Notes under the pieces: model-generated
What the model was told of the DNA's origin: nothing
The model's database searches: none
What the model saw: only the letters and a program-made list of their open reading frames with translations
From: a virus
Length of the DNA: 64,000 nucleotides
Strand: one strand, 5' to 3'
Virus record (IMG/VR): IMGVR_UViG_3300034682_000252
Coordinates: 27,017-91,016 of that record
Program-made: the position numbers and the translations under genes
Part shown: positions 18,460 through 26,978 of the stretch, piece by piece
Layout of the letters: each line of letters starts with the position of its first letter
Numbering within the stretch: position 1 is the stretch's first letter

Positions 18460-18969
18460 TTAGTGTGTCAGCCGGGGCAGCAGGTCTTGCTTGTCCGCCA
18501 TATCGTAACCATCCTCGCCAGGCAGGCGGCCTTGGGTATCCGGCCAGCGGATTTGCACCAGGCGAACCGACTTACCCGTCCCCCGGTAGAACTCCAGGGC
18601 CTGGACGATGTAAGAATCACGCACCAGTTCAGAGGTGCAATCTACCTCCACCAGGTCAGCCCGATCCCCCTGACCCAGTACCTCCTTCGTCTCACCTAGG
18701 AACACCCCGCGCTCCTGGTACAGCTCCAGCAGCTTGCCGATCATGTATTGCTGCAACCAGGGCGAGACTGGGCCGCTGATGATGATTTCCGGCAGCCCCA
18801 TGCCCGTCAGCCCCACCGTGTAGATAAAGGGGAGCCCTGGTAAATCAGGCGTCGGGTGGACCCTGAACATGGCAAGGCGCCCCTCGGCCAACCTGGCGGC
18901 TATCTCGTCTTGCATCGAATTACTCACAACAAACTCCTCACACTGAAACTGGAACGGGGGGTGCATCAC
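18460..18969 (-). CDS. DUF4262-like protein
   Basis: FIYTVGLT..GLPEIII...QIRWPD..GRLP. Confidence 0.65.
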   Translation of the reverse strand: MMHPPFQFQCEEFVVSNSMQDEIAARLAEGRLAMFRVHPTPDLPGLPFIYTVGLTGMGLPEIIISGPVSPWLQQYMIGKLLELYQERGVFLGETKEVLGQGDRADLVEVDCTSELVRDSYIVQALEFYRGTGKSVRLVQIRWPDTQGRLPGEDGYDMADKQDLLPRLTH

Positions 18970-19388
18970 CCCTCCATTGGGGTGGCGGATTGCTCGGTTG
19001 ACTCAAGGAACCAGCGATAGCCGGCATGGGTGCCCTGCACCCCTTTCAGGCAACGGCAGATGGCGCCGCAATCAAAGCCGCCCACGCTCTCGGCCTTCCC
19101 GATACTGGGGAACCGGACGCGCTGCTTGGCCTTGTTCTCCCCCACTACCGGCATGGCCCGCCCATCTTGCACGGGCCTGATTTCATCCACGTAGAGGCGC
19201 CGCCCCAGGCGGTTGCCGTTGTAATACTCAATGCGAACAGTGAACCACTCGCCCCTCTTGATTTCGTTCATGAAGTTGGAGGCCTCAGTGGTGGTCAAAT
19301 CAAAAGCCTCCACCACGTCAGCACTCACCGCTCCATTGGGCCGAGCGTGAATCCACTCGGCGATTTGTTGTGTCAGGCTCGAACTCAT
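18966..19388 (-). CDS. DNA-binding protein: CaiF/GrlA-like wHTH plus NUMOD1-like C-terminus
   Basis: IAEWI..DVVEAFDLT; FPSIGKAE..ICRCLKG..THAGYRW. Confidence 0.55.
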   Translation of the reverse strand: MSSSLTQQIAEWIHARPNGAVSADVVEAFDLTTTEASNFMNEIKRGEWFTVRIEYYNGNRLGRRLYVDEIRPVQDGRAMPVVGENKAKQRVRFPSIGKAESVGGFDCGAICRCLKGVQGTHAGYRWFLESTEQSATPMEG

Positions 19389-19494
19389 GACGCCCTCTCT
19401 GGGTGCTTGTATGGAGCCAATGATGCGGGAACACACCACCCCAAAACAAGAAAAATATTCCCATTTTAAGGAAATATTTTCCTTGCTCGTTTAT

Positions 19495-20580
19495 TCAAAG
19501 GGAGGGTGCATTCTGGGGGACGTAAGCACTCCCGGACTGCCCAAGCTCGTTGCTGCCCGTGCAGGCGTGACGATGGTCATTGGCTCGCGGGCATCGCTTG
19601 TTCCCGCAGTCAGGGCACACCACAAAGCGCATGTCCTCCACGGTCACCGGCCGGCAGGCCTGGCACCAGCAAGAAACAGCCGAGGGCCCCAAGGCCTTCT
19701 CTATGCGGTCGATGATGTGGAAATTCCGAACGAACCCTAGACCAGTTCGCAGCGGGCGCAGAGCCTCGCGCAGCAGGTCAGCCATATGGTCTTGGCTGGG
19801 CGGCAACTGGCAAGCGGCTCTTGACGGTTCGGGCAATCTGCCAGCCAGGGAGCTGGTGATGCGGGCCTCCAGCTCAATGGTGTCAGCGCCACCAAATGAG
19901 AATCGGCTTATCCATTCACCAGCTTCCCGCAGCAGGTCGGCCAGTTCGCCGGCCTGGCGGGTGGCCTCGGCAAGCTGCTGGTGGTGATTGGCAAGCATCT
20001 GCAGACGGGACAATAAGGGGTGTTGCTCGGGCACCTCGCCGGCCGTGATGGCCTTGTCGATGGCAAGGCCGGTTCGGTTGCGCTCCTCCAGCAGCTCCTG
20101 GACCCTGGCTTGCAGGCCTGCAAAGTGGTGGCGGCCGGCCTCCCGCAGCAGCCGCAGCGCCTGGCTGGCGACATAGCCAAACTGTTCGGCCCGCATTTCT
20201 TCCTGGAAGTCGTCCGGGTCAGGGTGACCGGTAACGTGACCTATCTCATGAGCCAGGAAGTGGGCCACCAGCTCGGGATCTGCATCAGGCGCCATCCAGG
20301 CGTGAATCACGTTCTGCTCAGTGTCCACCCACCCCCAGCAGCCCATGGCCCGCATCCCCTCGAGCACCTGCTCTTGGGTGACGCTGACCTCCTGCCCGTT
20401 CTCGTCCAGGGCGCCGACCTCAGTCCCCTGCAACAGCTCATCGACCGGGACCCCATACTCAGCGGCTGCCTCACTCCACAAGGAGCGGTGAACCTCCTCC
20501 GGGGAGTCATACCAGGTAATGGTCAGTTCTGGCGGGCGGGGCCAGGGCTCAATGCCTGGCGCCTTCTCATTGTTCGTCAA
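19495..20580 (-). CDS. Mosaic phage protein with HExxH motif and Cys-rich C-terminus
   Basis: LAHEIGH..EEMRA; CWCQAC..CPDCGNKRCPRANDHRHACTGSNE. Confidence 0.65.
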   Translation of the reverse strand: MTNNEKAPGIEPWPRPPELTITWYDSPEEVHRSLWSEAAAEYGVPVDELLQGTEVGALDENGQEVSVTQEQVLEGMRAMGCWGWVDTEQNVIHAWMAPDADPELVAHFLAHEIGHVTGHPDPDDFQEEMRAEQFGYVASQALRLLREAGRHHFAGLQARVQELLEERNRTGLAIDKAITAGEVPEQHPLLSRLQMLANHHQQLAEATRQAGELADLLREAGEWISRFSFGGADTIELEARITSSLAGRLPEPSRAACQLPPSQDHMADLLREALRPLRTGLGFVRNFHIIDRIEKALGPSAVSCWCQACRPVTVEDMRFVVCPDCGNKRCPRANDHRHACTGSNELGQSGSAYVPQNAPSL

Positions 20581-20698
20581 TTCAGTTCACTCCCGTTGTT
20601 GTCATGCTCATGGTTTCTTTGGGGGCGTCGCCGGCTGCTTGCTGGAGGCCTGCCGGCAAGGCGAATACCCTCCACCAGCCCGGACCCGGCAACAGCTC

Positions 20699-21436
20699 TC
20701 ACAATTGCACTTTGCTCTCACTGCTTTCCCCCTCCACGCAGCAAAACGCCCGCAGAGAGTGCAGATCCAGCAGCGTGAAATAGCCGCCCGCCTTGTGGTT
20801 CCATCCCGCCGTGTCTATGTGGATCACGTTGCCCAGGGCAGTAGGCTCATTCATGGGGGTATGCCCCACCACCAGGGCCCGAACATGCCCAACGCCAGTC
20901 GTGTCCAGCTCCTGGCAACGCCGGCGCGACCACATGCAGGAATTGCGCAGGGCTCGCAACGCCCCACCTTGCATGTTCTCCAAGCCATGCAGCAGAGCCG
21001 GCCAGTTGCGACCAGGGCAATCGGCATGGACTATGCCCACCGGACCAGATGGGGTGGCCACCTCGATCGCAATGGGGAGCTGACGGAACCAGGCCGCAAA
21101 CTCCCCCTTCTCGTAATCCGTCAGCCCCTGGAACCAGAGCCCGCCATTCTCCAGCCAGTTACCCACCATGCAGGAGTCAAAGCGGCAAACGTAGTCATCG
21201 TGGTTACCGCGAACGGGATGGAACCAGGGCTTATTCAGCCACTGCAAAACCTGCTCGCACTCCGGGCCACGGTCCACCAGGTCGCCGACGGAAAAGAGAC
21301 GGTCAACCGCGGGATCAAAACCGATCTCGTCCAGCGCGGCTTGCAGCCGGCTAAAGTGCCCGTGAATGTCCCCGACACAGAAATCTCGACCCGCCGCATT
21401 GAGGGGGAAGCGCTTTACCAATGGTGCCTCTTTCAT
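20699..21436 (-). CDS. Ser/Thr protein phosphatase (metallophosphoesterase; lambda NinI/P1 Ppp type)
   Basis: GDIHG, GDLVDRG, RGNHD, HA, GHT, IDT motifs. Confidence 0.9.
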   Translation of the reverse strand: MKEAPLVKRFPLNAAGRDFCVGDIHGHFSRLQAALDEIGFDPAVDRLFSVGDLVDRGPECEQVLQWLNKPWFHPVRGNHDDYVCRFDSCMVGNWLENGGLWFQGLTDYEKGEFAAWFRQLPIAIEVATPSGPVGIVHADCPGRNWPALLHGLENMQGGALRALRNSCMWSRRRCQELDTTGVGHVRALVVGHTPMNEPTALGNVIHIDTAGWNHKAGGYFTLLDLHSLRAFCCVEGESSESKVQL

Positions 21437-21443
21437 GCCCACC

Positions 21444-21791
21444 TCATCGTTCGTCCGAGTGACGGGCCTTGCCCGACTTGTGCGAACCCAGCTCCGATAT
21501 GCCGATCCCGGACAGGCCCACCAGCTCCTGGCCGGTCTTGGTGTCGGTGATGATGTAGATACCGCGGCGCCCGTCGTATGCCAGGTCATCCTTGAACAGG
21601 CCCACCCGCTCCACCTTGAATCGGTTGCTGGGAAAAGCCCCATCCCGGGGCGGCGTGACCACCTGCTCATACATCGGCATAGTCGCCTCGGGCTTGCACC
21701 CTGGCAGCACCAGGGCGGCCAGGAAAATAAAGACCTTGAGACTGCCCGGACGCCCGGGCTTGTTCTGCTTAACCATTCCATCCATCCCCAT
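21444..21791 (-). CDS. Putative lipoprotein
   Basis: Hydrophobic segment with LPGC lipobox. Confidence 0.6.
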   Translation of the reverse strand: MGMDGMVKQNKPGRPGSLKVFIFLAALVLPGCKPEATMPMYEQVVTPPRDGAFPSNRFKVERVGLFKDDLAYDGRRGIYIITDTKTGQELVGLSGIGISELGSHKSGKARHSDER

Positions 21792-22093
21792 CAGTTGTAC
21801 CCGTTGAATGCCCTGCTGACCTCTCGGTCGTTCGCAATGTCGGTCATCTTCCCGCAGTGCTGACACTTGCACTTGGTCTTGGCCCTGGTCTCGGCCACCA
21901 GCCGCTCGAGCTGGGCCAGATACCGGACGATTCGGGACTCCTTGCGGGTGAACTGCTCCAGCACCCACATAGGGTTCAGGTGCTCGCCGCAGATGCCGCA
22001 CTCCACATAGCCCTTCGTCTCGTCGTAAATGAACTTGTTGTGCTGGCAGTTGCCGGCGAACCGGTCGGCCTGCTGAATGACTCGCTCTGTCAC
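21791..22093 (-). CDS. Zn-finger hypothetical protein
   Basis: CQH..VECGICG..CQHCG. Confidence 0.65.
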   Translation of the reverse strand: MTERVIQQADRFAGNCQHNKFIYDETKGYVECGICGEHLNPMWVLEQFTRKESRIVRYLAQLERLVAETRAKTKCKCQHCGKMTDIANDREVSRAFNGYN

Positions 22094-22323
22094 AGGATCC
22101 GGTCCCCCAGCAGGCTGTAGAGCTCCCGGGCCGCATCGTTGATTGCCTGCTGGCTGTTGCCACCCAGGGCGTAATACAGGCGGTCAAGAAGGATCTCCAT
22201 ATCCCCCTTCTCCATCGAGGGAAGAACCACTCTCCCGCGGCGCTCAACCTCTGCAACCAGGTCGCTTTCATCAAAATCCGTCAGGGAAACCTCTACCTCT
22301 ACCGCTACCGTCACACTCGGCAT
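22090..22323 (-). CDS. Hypothetical protein
   Basis: VEVSLTDFDESDLVAEVERRG. Confidence 0.55.
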   Translation of the reverse strand: MPSVTVAVEVEVSLTDFDESDLVAEVERRGRVVLPSMEKGDMEILLDRLYYALGGNSQQAINDAARELYSLLGDRIL

Positions 22324-22643
22324 TGCAGCCCATCCTCGTCTTGAACGATCTGCTGCACCGCCATCAGTTGGGCGGCCTGCAGATACTCCTTGGCCGACAC
22401 CTCCAGCAGCACCGGCACGAAACCAGGGCAGACCGCCCACGATTTGGATAGCCCATCCATTCTCATGGCATGGGGAAAGCGAGCGCGAAAGTCGCTGAAT
22501 ATCGAGGACGCAGAGATCGGGGAGTTGTACCCAAAGGCCCGCATCAGATGGCAGCGGCGCACCTCCCCGTAGTGCACCAACATGGCCTCAATGAAACGCA
22601 GTTGCGGCAACCGCTTACCCCCTTCCGGGATCGCGCCAATCAT
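22311..22643 (-). CDS. Stand-alone wHTH resembling the N-terminal domain of BrxR/CapW WYL regulators
   Basis: QLRFIEAMLVHYGEVRRCHLMRAFG..ISASSIFSDFR..FP..M..D...K.W. Confidence 0.6.
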   Translation of the reverse strand: MIGAIPEGGKRLPQLRFIEAMLVHYGEVRRCHLMRAFGYNSPISASSIFSDFRARFPHAMRMDGLSKSWAVCPGFVPVLLEVSAKEYLQAAQLMAVQQIVQDEDGLQCRV

Positions 22644-22870
22644 CCACGCCTCCCTGTCCAGGCCATGAATACGCCCCGGTTCTGGTCCCGCATCTTCGAC
22701 GACGGCAGCAGGGGCAGCAGGGCAATCAGGGTCTTGAGCTGGGGGTTGGCCAACTCGCTCTCGATAGTCACCTTGGCGCCCGGGTTGCGCTGGATGTAGC
22801 GCTCTTTCAGCTCGGCTGCCTCAGCCCTGGTCAGGCCGCGCTGAATAATGGGTTCTCTGTAGCGCATCAC
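22640..22870 (-). CDS. Small phage protein
   Basis: LTRAEAAELKERY...LLP; coupled. Confidence 0.55.
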   Translation of the reverse strand: MMRYREPIIQRGLTRAEAAELKERYIQRNPGAKVTIESELANPQLKTLIALLPLLPSSKMRDQNRGVFMAWTGRRG

Positions 22871-23250
22871 TTGTTCCCCTCACCGCTCAGAGCCGACAAG
22901 AGATCGGTCGCGGCATCCATCACGCTCTGCTCGCCGAGGTGATCGGCAATAATCCGCCCCGGCACCTCCTGGAATTTGCGCTCCCAAGAGATCCCGACCC
23001 CCAACCAGGAGGCGCGGCGCTGGTACTTGCAGAATTTGGGGCGCCAGGAAAAGCCGCTCGGGCGAATGCTCGCAGTTACCGACCAGCCATCCGGCTTGTT
23101 CTGCATTTCCACCAGCACCGCCCCGTACATGTAGGAACCAGGTTTCAGGTGCCAAGCCTTGTCCTCCTCGTAGGCTCGCCGCGTCACCAGCACATCCGGG
23201 GTCATGAAAAAGGCCGTGAGATCACGGTCCATAATGGCTAACTGGCTCAT
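22867..23250 (-). CDS. Hypothetical protein
   Basis: AGGAGG RBS. Confidence 0.6.
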   Translation of the reverse strand: MSQLAIMDRDLTAFFMTPDVLVTRRAYEEDKAWHLKPGSYMYGAVLVEMQNKPDGWSVTASIRPSGFSWRPKFCKYQRRASWLGVGISWERKFQEVPGRIIADHLGEQSVMDAATDLLSALSGEGNK

Positions 23251-23329
23251 GCTGCCTCCTGGGCAATGGTCAAGGTTATTTCGTATTTCACAGCGAAGTT
23301 AGGATGTATTGGATATGCAGCAGTGACGC

Positions 23330-23713
23330 TCACGCAGCAACCCCCAGGAGGGACTTGTACCCCTGCTTTGCAGCGGCCAGCAGCACAGCCTGGCGCAAGG
23401 CCGATACAGGGTCAGAGGAGGTGAAAGAGGCCTCATGCCCGCCACTCACAATCGCCGCCTTGGCGGTACGCCCCTCGATCGACACAGACATTCCAAGCTG
23501 GGCCATCAGCAGCAGGTTGTCGTTGCTGCATGTCAGCGGGCGCCAAAGCCGATAACTGTCCCGGCTACCAACGCGCAAACAGTTGCGCTGACTCTCGTAA
23601 CACAGCACCGGACCCACGTTGGCGGCCTGGGCGGCCAGTCTCAACAACTCAGGGACAGGCATGAGCTCAACACACTTCGTTTTATCCATCACTTCCACCA
23701 CTTGCTTGTTCAT
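23330..23713 (-). CDS. Phage hypothetical protein
   Basis: ELLRLAAQAA..WRPLT..LRQAVLLAAA. Confidence 0.6.
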   Translation of the reverse strand: MNKQVVEVMDKTKCVELMPVPELLRLAAQAANVGPVLCYESQRNCLRVGSRDSYRLWRPLTCSNDNLLLMAQLGMSVSIEGRTAKAAIVSGGHEASFTSSDPVSALRQAVLLAAAKQGYKSLLGVAA

Positions 23714-24072
23714 GCCTCCCCCCGGATGGCCGCGCCAGACGGACGGGTGATCAGTTGCCGCCATAGCTGCTTTTCGGTGTCCCCCATCCCTCGCTCCACA
23801 GTCCGCTTTTTGATAATGCCTTTCACATGAACCGACGTTACCCTTGCCCCCTTACCCTCCCGGTAGTGGCGATCGACGCTGTAACGGTTGTTCTCGTGCA
23901 GCTTGTTGAGGAGAGAGGAGATCGTCTGAATGGTCGTCTCGGCCCCGAACTTGAAGCAGAAACCCGCCTCGAACACCTCCCGGGCCGTCATAGATTTACC
24001 CTGCTCCAGCAGCCAGGCCGCGAGCTGGTCCGTCTTTGTCGGGCTGTCGTGGTAACGATCCTCCGCCATCAC
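23710..24072 (-). CDS. CaiF/GrlA-like wHTH DNA-binding protein
   Basis: LAAWLLEQGKSMTAREV...LWRQLITR. Confidence 0.5.
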   Translation of the reverse strand: MMAEDRYHDSPTKTDQLAAWLLEQGKSMTAREVFEAGFCFKFGAETTIQTISSLLNKLHENNRYSVDRHYREGKGARVTSVHVKGIIKKRTVERGMGDTEKQLWRQLITRPSGAAIRGEA

Positions 24073-24398
24073 TGCCCCCCTCTCATTTTCGCCAGGCTCT
24101 TGGTGTAGAACGTGCCGGTAAACTCCACCCAGTCATTGATCTGACTGACCCTCATCGAATAGTCGATCCCGCCGTGGCGGTTCTTACCCTTGTTCGCCAG
24201 CAAGGAGCCTTGGAACGCGGTCAGTTCGCGAAAGCGCTTGGGAACTGGAGAGAAGCGAAGGTGATATTCCGTGCGGTCGCGGTGAACAATCAGTTTCTCC
24301 TTGACGCGCTCACTACCAGCCAAGATCTCCTTGGCGGCCTGGTAGGTGTCTATGTGAGGGTTGATATAGGGCATGGTAACTACCTTGTTTGAGGCCAA
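24069..24398 (-). CDS. Hypothetical protein
   Basis: Coupled ORF. Confidence 0.5.
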   Translation of the reverse strand: MASNKVVTMPYINPHIDTYQAAKEILAGSERVKEKLIVHRDRTEYHLRFSPVPKRFRELTAFQGSLLANKGKNRHGGIDYSMRVSQINDWVEFTGTFYTKSLAKMRGGQ

Positions 24399-24430
24399 AT
24401 CAGAGGCGGCCTAGATGGCTGGCGCGGAGC

Positions 24431-24694
24431 TCAGCCTTTGCAAAAGCGATAAACAATTTCCGGCCAGAACATGGCTTCACGGAACACCCAATACATCAGG
24501 CGCCAGGCGCTGGGCGGGCCGGGGTAAACGGGGCGGAGCCCCATCATCATGGCAAATCCGAACTGGTGCCAAACCAGGACCCAGGCAAAGGGATCTGTCG
24601 GCAGTAGCACCAGGGCATACAGCTCCAGGAGCAGCACCACCACCATGGGCGCCGGCACCTGGCGATAGAGCACGTTGAGCAGCTTGCGGATCAC
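24431..24694 (-). CDS. Small membrane protein
   Basis: Hydrophobic segments. Confidence 0.5.
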   Translation of the reverse strand: MIRKLLNVLYRQVPAPMVVVLLLELYALVLLPTDPFAWVLVWHQFGFAMMMGLRPVYPGPPSAWRLMYWVFREAMFWPEIVYRFCKG

Positions 24695-25092
24695 TAGAAT
24701 GTCGCCCTGTTCGTGAACTTCGCCAGCATGGCCCGCGCCTGGCGGCGAACCCTCATCAAGGGGCTCCCCAGGTCATCGAGCTCGCCCAGGAAATCCATGG
24801 GGGTGCTCGACAAAGCCTCACTCATGCGATTGGCATACGCCTCATTCTGATACACGGCGCTATTCGCCCTCATGGGGGCCCGACACTCGAGCTCGGCAGT
24901 GGCGAGGGTCTGCATCGCCTGCTGATCGCGAACCAGCAGGGCTGATAGGGCACACACAGCATGACGCAGCTCGTCAATCTCCATGGGGTGCCCAGCCCAA
25001 CAGGCCTCGACAACATCCCCCAGCGATTTCTGGGCGGCGACCATGTTGAGCTGGTGCTCTGCATGGTCAGCCAAGAGAGCCTTATCACTCAT
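24694..25092 (-). CDS. Hypothetical protein (paralog of 16239-16607)
   Basis: KSLGDVV..DELRHAVCA..SAVYQ..TPMDFLGE. Confidence 0.6.
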   Translation of the reverse strand: MSDKALLADHAEHQLNMVAAQKSLGDVVEACWAGHPMEIDELRHAVCALSALLVRDQQAMQTLATAELECRAPMRANSAVYQNEAYANRMSEALSSTPMDFLGELDDLGSPLMRVRRQARAMLAKFTNRATF

Positions 25093-25378
25093 TGCTCGCA
25101 TCCCCGACTGGCAGAAACTCGCCATTACCGAGCACGTCGCCCACCCAGGCCATGACCGCGGGGGGCAACCCTTGGGCCACCACTGCCTCCTGCACGAGGA
25201 ATTGCCCCTGACGCTCAGGATCTGGCTTGATCAGGCCCGCGTCCAGCATGATGGAAAAGAGACGCAGATTGCGGCTATTGCCCCAGCCAAACAGGCGATG
25301 AATGTTGACTACGGTTATCTTCTGGCGACTCTGCAGCAGCTCCAGCAAGGCGCGGCATTTGGCGTTTTCCATATCCAT
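25085..25378 (-). CDS. Small wHTH-like protein
   Basis: ITVVNIHRLFGWG..MLDAGLIK. Confidence 0.5.
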   Translation of the reverse strand: MDMENAKCRALLELLQSRQKITVVNIHRLFGWGNSRNLRLFSIMLDAGLIKPDPERQGQFLVQEAVVAQGLPPAVMAWVGDVLGNGEFLPVGDASNE

Positions 25379-25668
25379 CAGTTCGGTTCCTTGGGCTGTT
25401 CAGCCTTGTTGATTCGATAGTCCACCCCGAGCCGATCAGCATACTGACGGGACAGGGCCATCAGCAGTTCACAGATGCTCCCGAAATTTCCCCGGGCTTT
25501 CAGCTCATCCAGCATGGCCCGCTCAGTCGTCGATATGCGCATACCTCGCAACTCCTGGATCCCTAGCAGGCGCTCCCGCTCACGGCGATCGCGCTGATAG
25601 TCGGCCTCCTGCTTCCGGTTGCGGTGGCGCGGGCGCCCCGTCCGAATTAGCTCAATCACCATAAACAC
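25378..25668 (-). CDS. Putative DNA-binding protein (RHH-like)
   Basis: Basic N-terminus ADYQRDRRER followed by strand-helix-helix pattern. Confidence 0.5.
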   Translation of the reverse strand: MFMVIELIRTGRPRHRNRKQEADYQRDRRERERLLGIQELRGMRISTTERAMLDELKARGNFGSICELLMALSRQYADRLGVDYRINKAEQPKEPN

Positions 25669-25726
25669 ACCACAAATTAAGGTTAGGATGTTGGACTCAA
25701 AAGGACGCCAGCAAGGCGCCCGGTTA

Positions 25727-26320
25727 TCAGGGTTGGACGGGCAGATTGTTTGTCAGCGCGTTGCGGGTAATCACCTCACGCCACTCGGCCATACTAAAAT
25801 CGTTCAACCTGGCGATCGGCTTGCCATCGGGGTCAGTCAGCGGGATCCGCTCTTTGACCCTGCTTCCCCCTTTCGCGATTGAGATCTCCCACCATTTACG
25901 GGTGTTGTTGAACTCCAGGCTCGCCCCAAACTCGGCCGCAATCTCATCCAGGTTCTGCCGGAATATGCGCGGGCCCATCTCCGCATCCCAGTTCTTGGGG
26001 TGGCCGTCAGATGCCATGTCGTCCAGATTCAGGGCCTTTCCGCGCTCACTTAACACATACAGCCGCCCCCATTGCAGGGGGGCCGGACTTAACGCCAGGT
26101 AACCCCCATCAGCCAAGCCAGAGGCCGCCGCACCGTTCAGCGCGGGTACCCCCGGGCACTCAACAGGCTGGCCATCAACAAGATGCACAACCCTGGTGCC
26201 GGTAAGCAAATCCTGGCGACGATACATTGGTACGGCGGAGACAGGTCGAACCATCAGTAAACTCGCCGGGTGGCGCTGTAGGTACTGGATTATCTCGGCC
26301 CGTCTCTCTGTCATTCTCAC
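25727..26320 (-). CDS. Hypothetical protein
   Basis: Coupled to VRR-NUC gene. Confidence 0.6.
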   Translation of the reverse strand: MRMTERRAEIIQYLQRHPASLLMVRPVSAVPMYRRQDLLTGTRVVHLVDGQPVECPGVPALNGAAASGLADGGYLALSPAPLQWGRLYVLSERGKALNLDDMASDGHPKNWDAEMGPRIFRQNLDEIAAEFGASLEFNNTRKWWEISIAKGGSRVKERIPLTDPDGKPIARLNDFSMAEWREVITRNALTNNLPVQP

Positions 26321-26976
26321 GTTTCAATCTCCTTCTCTTCCCATGTGGCATTTCTCGACCAGGGCGGCATGGCCTCCCCGGCGCCAAGGCGACGGTACAG
26401 CATTAGCACCTCAAAGGCTTCCTCAACTCCAGCCACCAGGGCGCAGTAGTAGCCACGTTCAGACAATAGGCGCAACTTGATGACTTGAACGTCACTGACC
26501 TTGCCCCCCTCTTTGGCCTTCAACTCCAGGCGGCAACCGTGGTAGATGCCACAGGGCAAATCCACGAGCACATCCGGGTATCCGTCCTTCTGTCCGCTGG
26601 CTTTCATCATCCCGGCCGTTTTGCCTGGACGGTAACCACCGTTTGGAACTGCACTCATCAGCGCGTAGAGCTCGGGGTCTATCACCTCCACGCGGGCGAA
26701 CAGCTCCACCTGTTCGTAATACTCTTGGTTGCCCTTTCGCTGGCTCGGGTCCTTCGCCAGGATGGCCAGGGCCACAGCATGGGGGGAGACGTAGCCAGGA
26801 TCCCCCAGCTTCGCCCCAGGGATGGATTTCTTCCCCTTCTTCCCCTTGCTCGGTACCGAACCTGGCGGGTTCGGCATGGTGAAGCTCTTGCCCGAGCCAG
26901 CACGAAACCCCTTGCTCGCCCACCCCTGGCGTTTCGCCACCTGCTCGCTCAGGAAACCCTCGTCGAACCGGGCCAT
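26317..26976 (-). CDS. VRR-NUC (PD-D/ExK) nuclease
   Basis: E..EQ..VPNGG..GYPDVLV..LELK..GKVSDVQ. Confidence 0.85.
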   Translation of the reverse strand: MARFDEGFLSEQVAKRQGWASKGFRAGSGKSFTMPNPPGSVPSKGKKGKKSIPGAKLGDPGYVSPHAVALAILAKDPSQRKGNQEYYEQVELFARVEVIDPELYALMSAVPNGGYRPGKTAGMMKASGQKDGYPDVLVDLPCGIYHGCRLELKAKEGGKVSDVQVIKLRLLSERGYYCALVAGVEEAFEVLMLYRRLGAGEAMPPWSRNATWEEKEIET

Positions 26977-26978
26977 GG

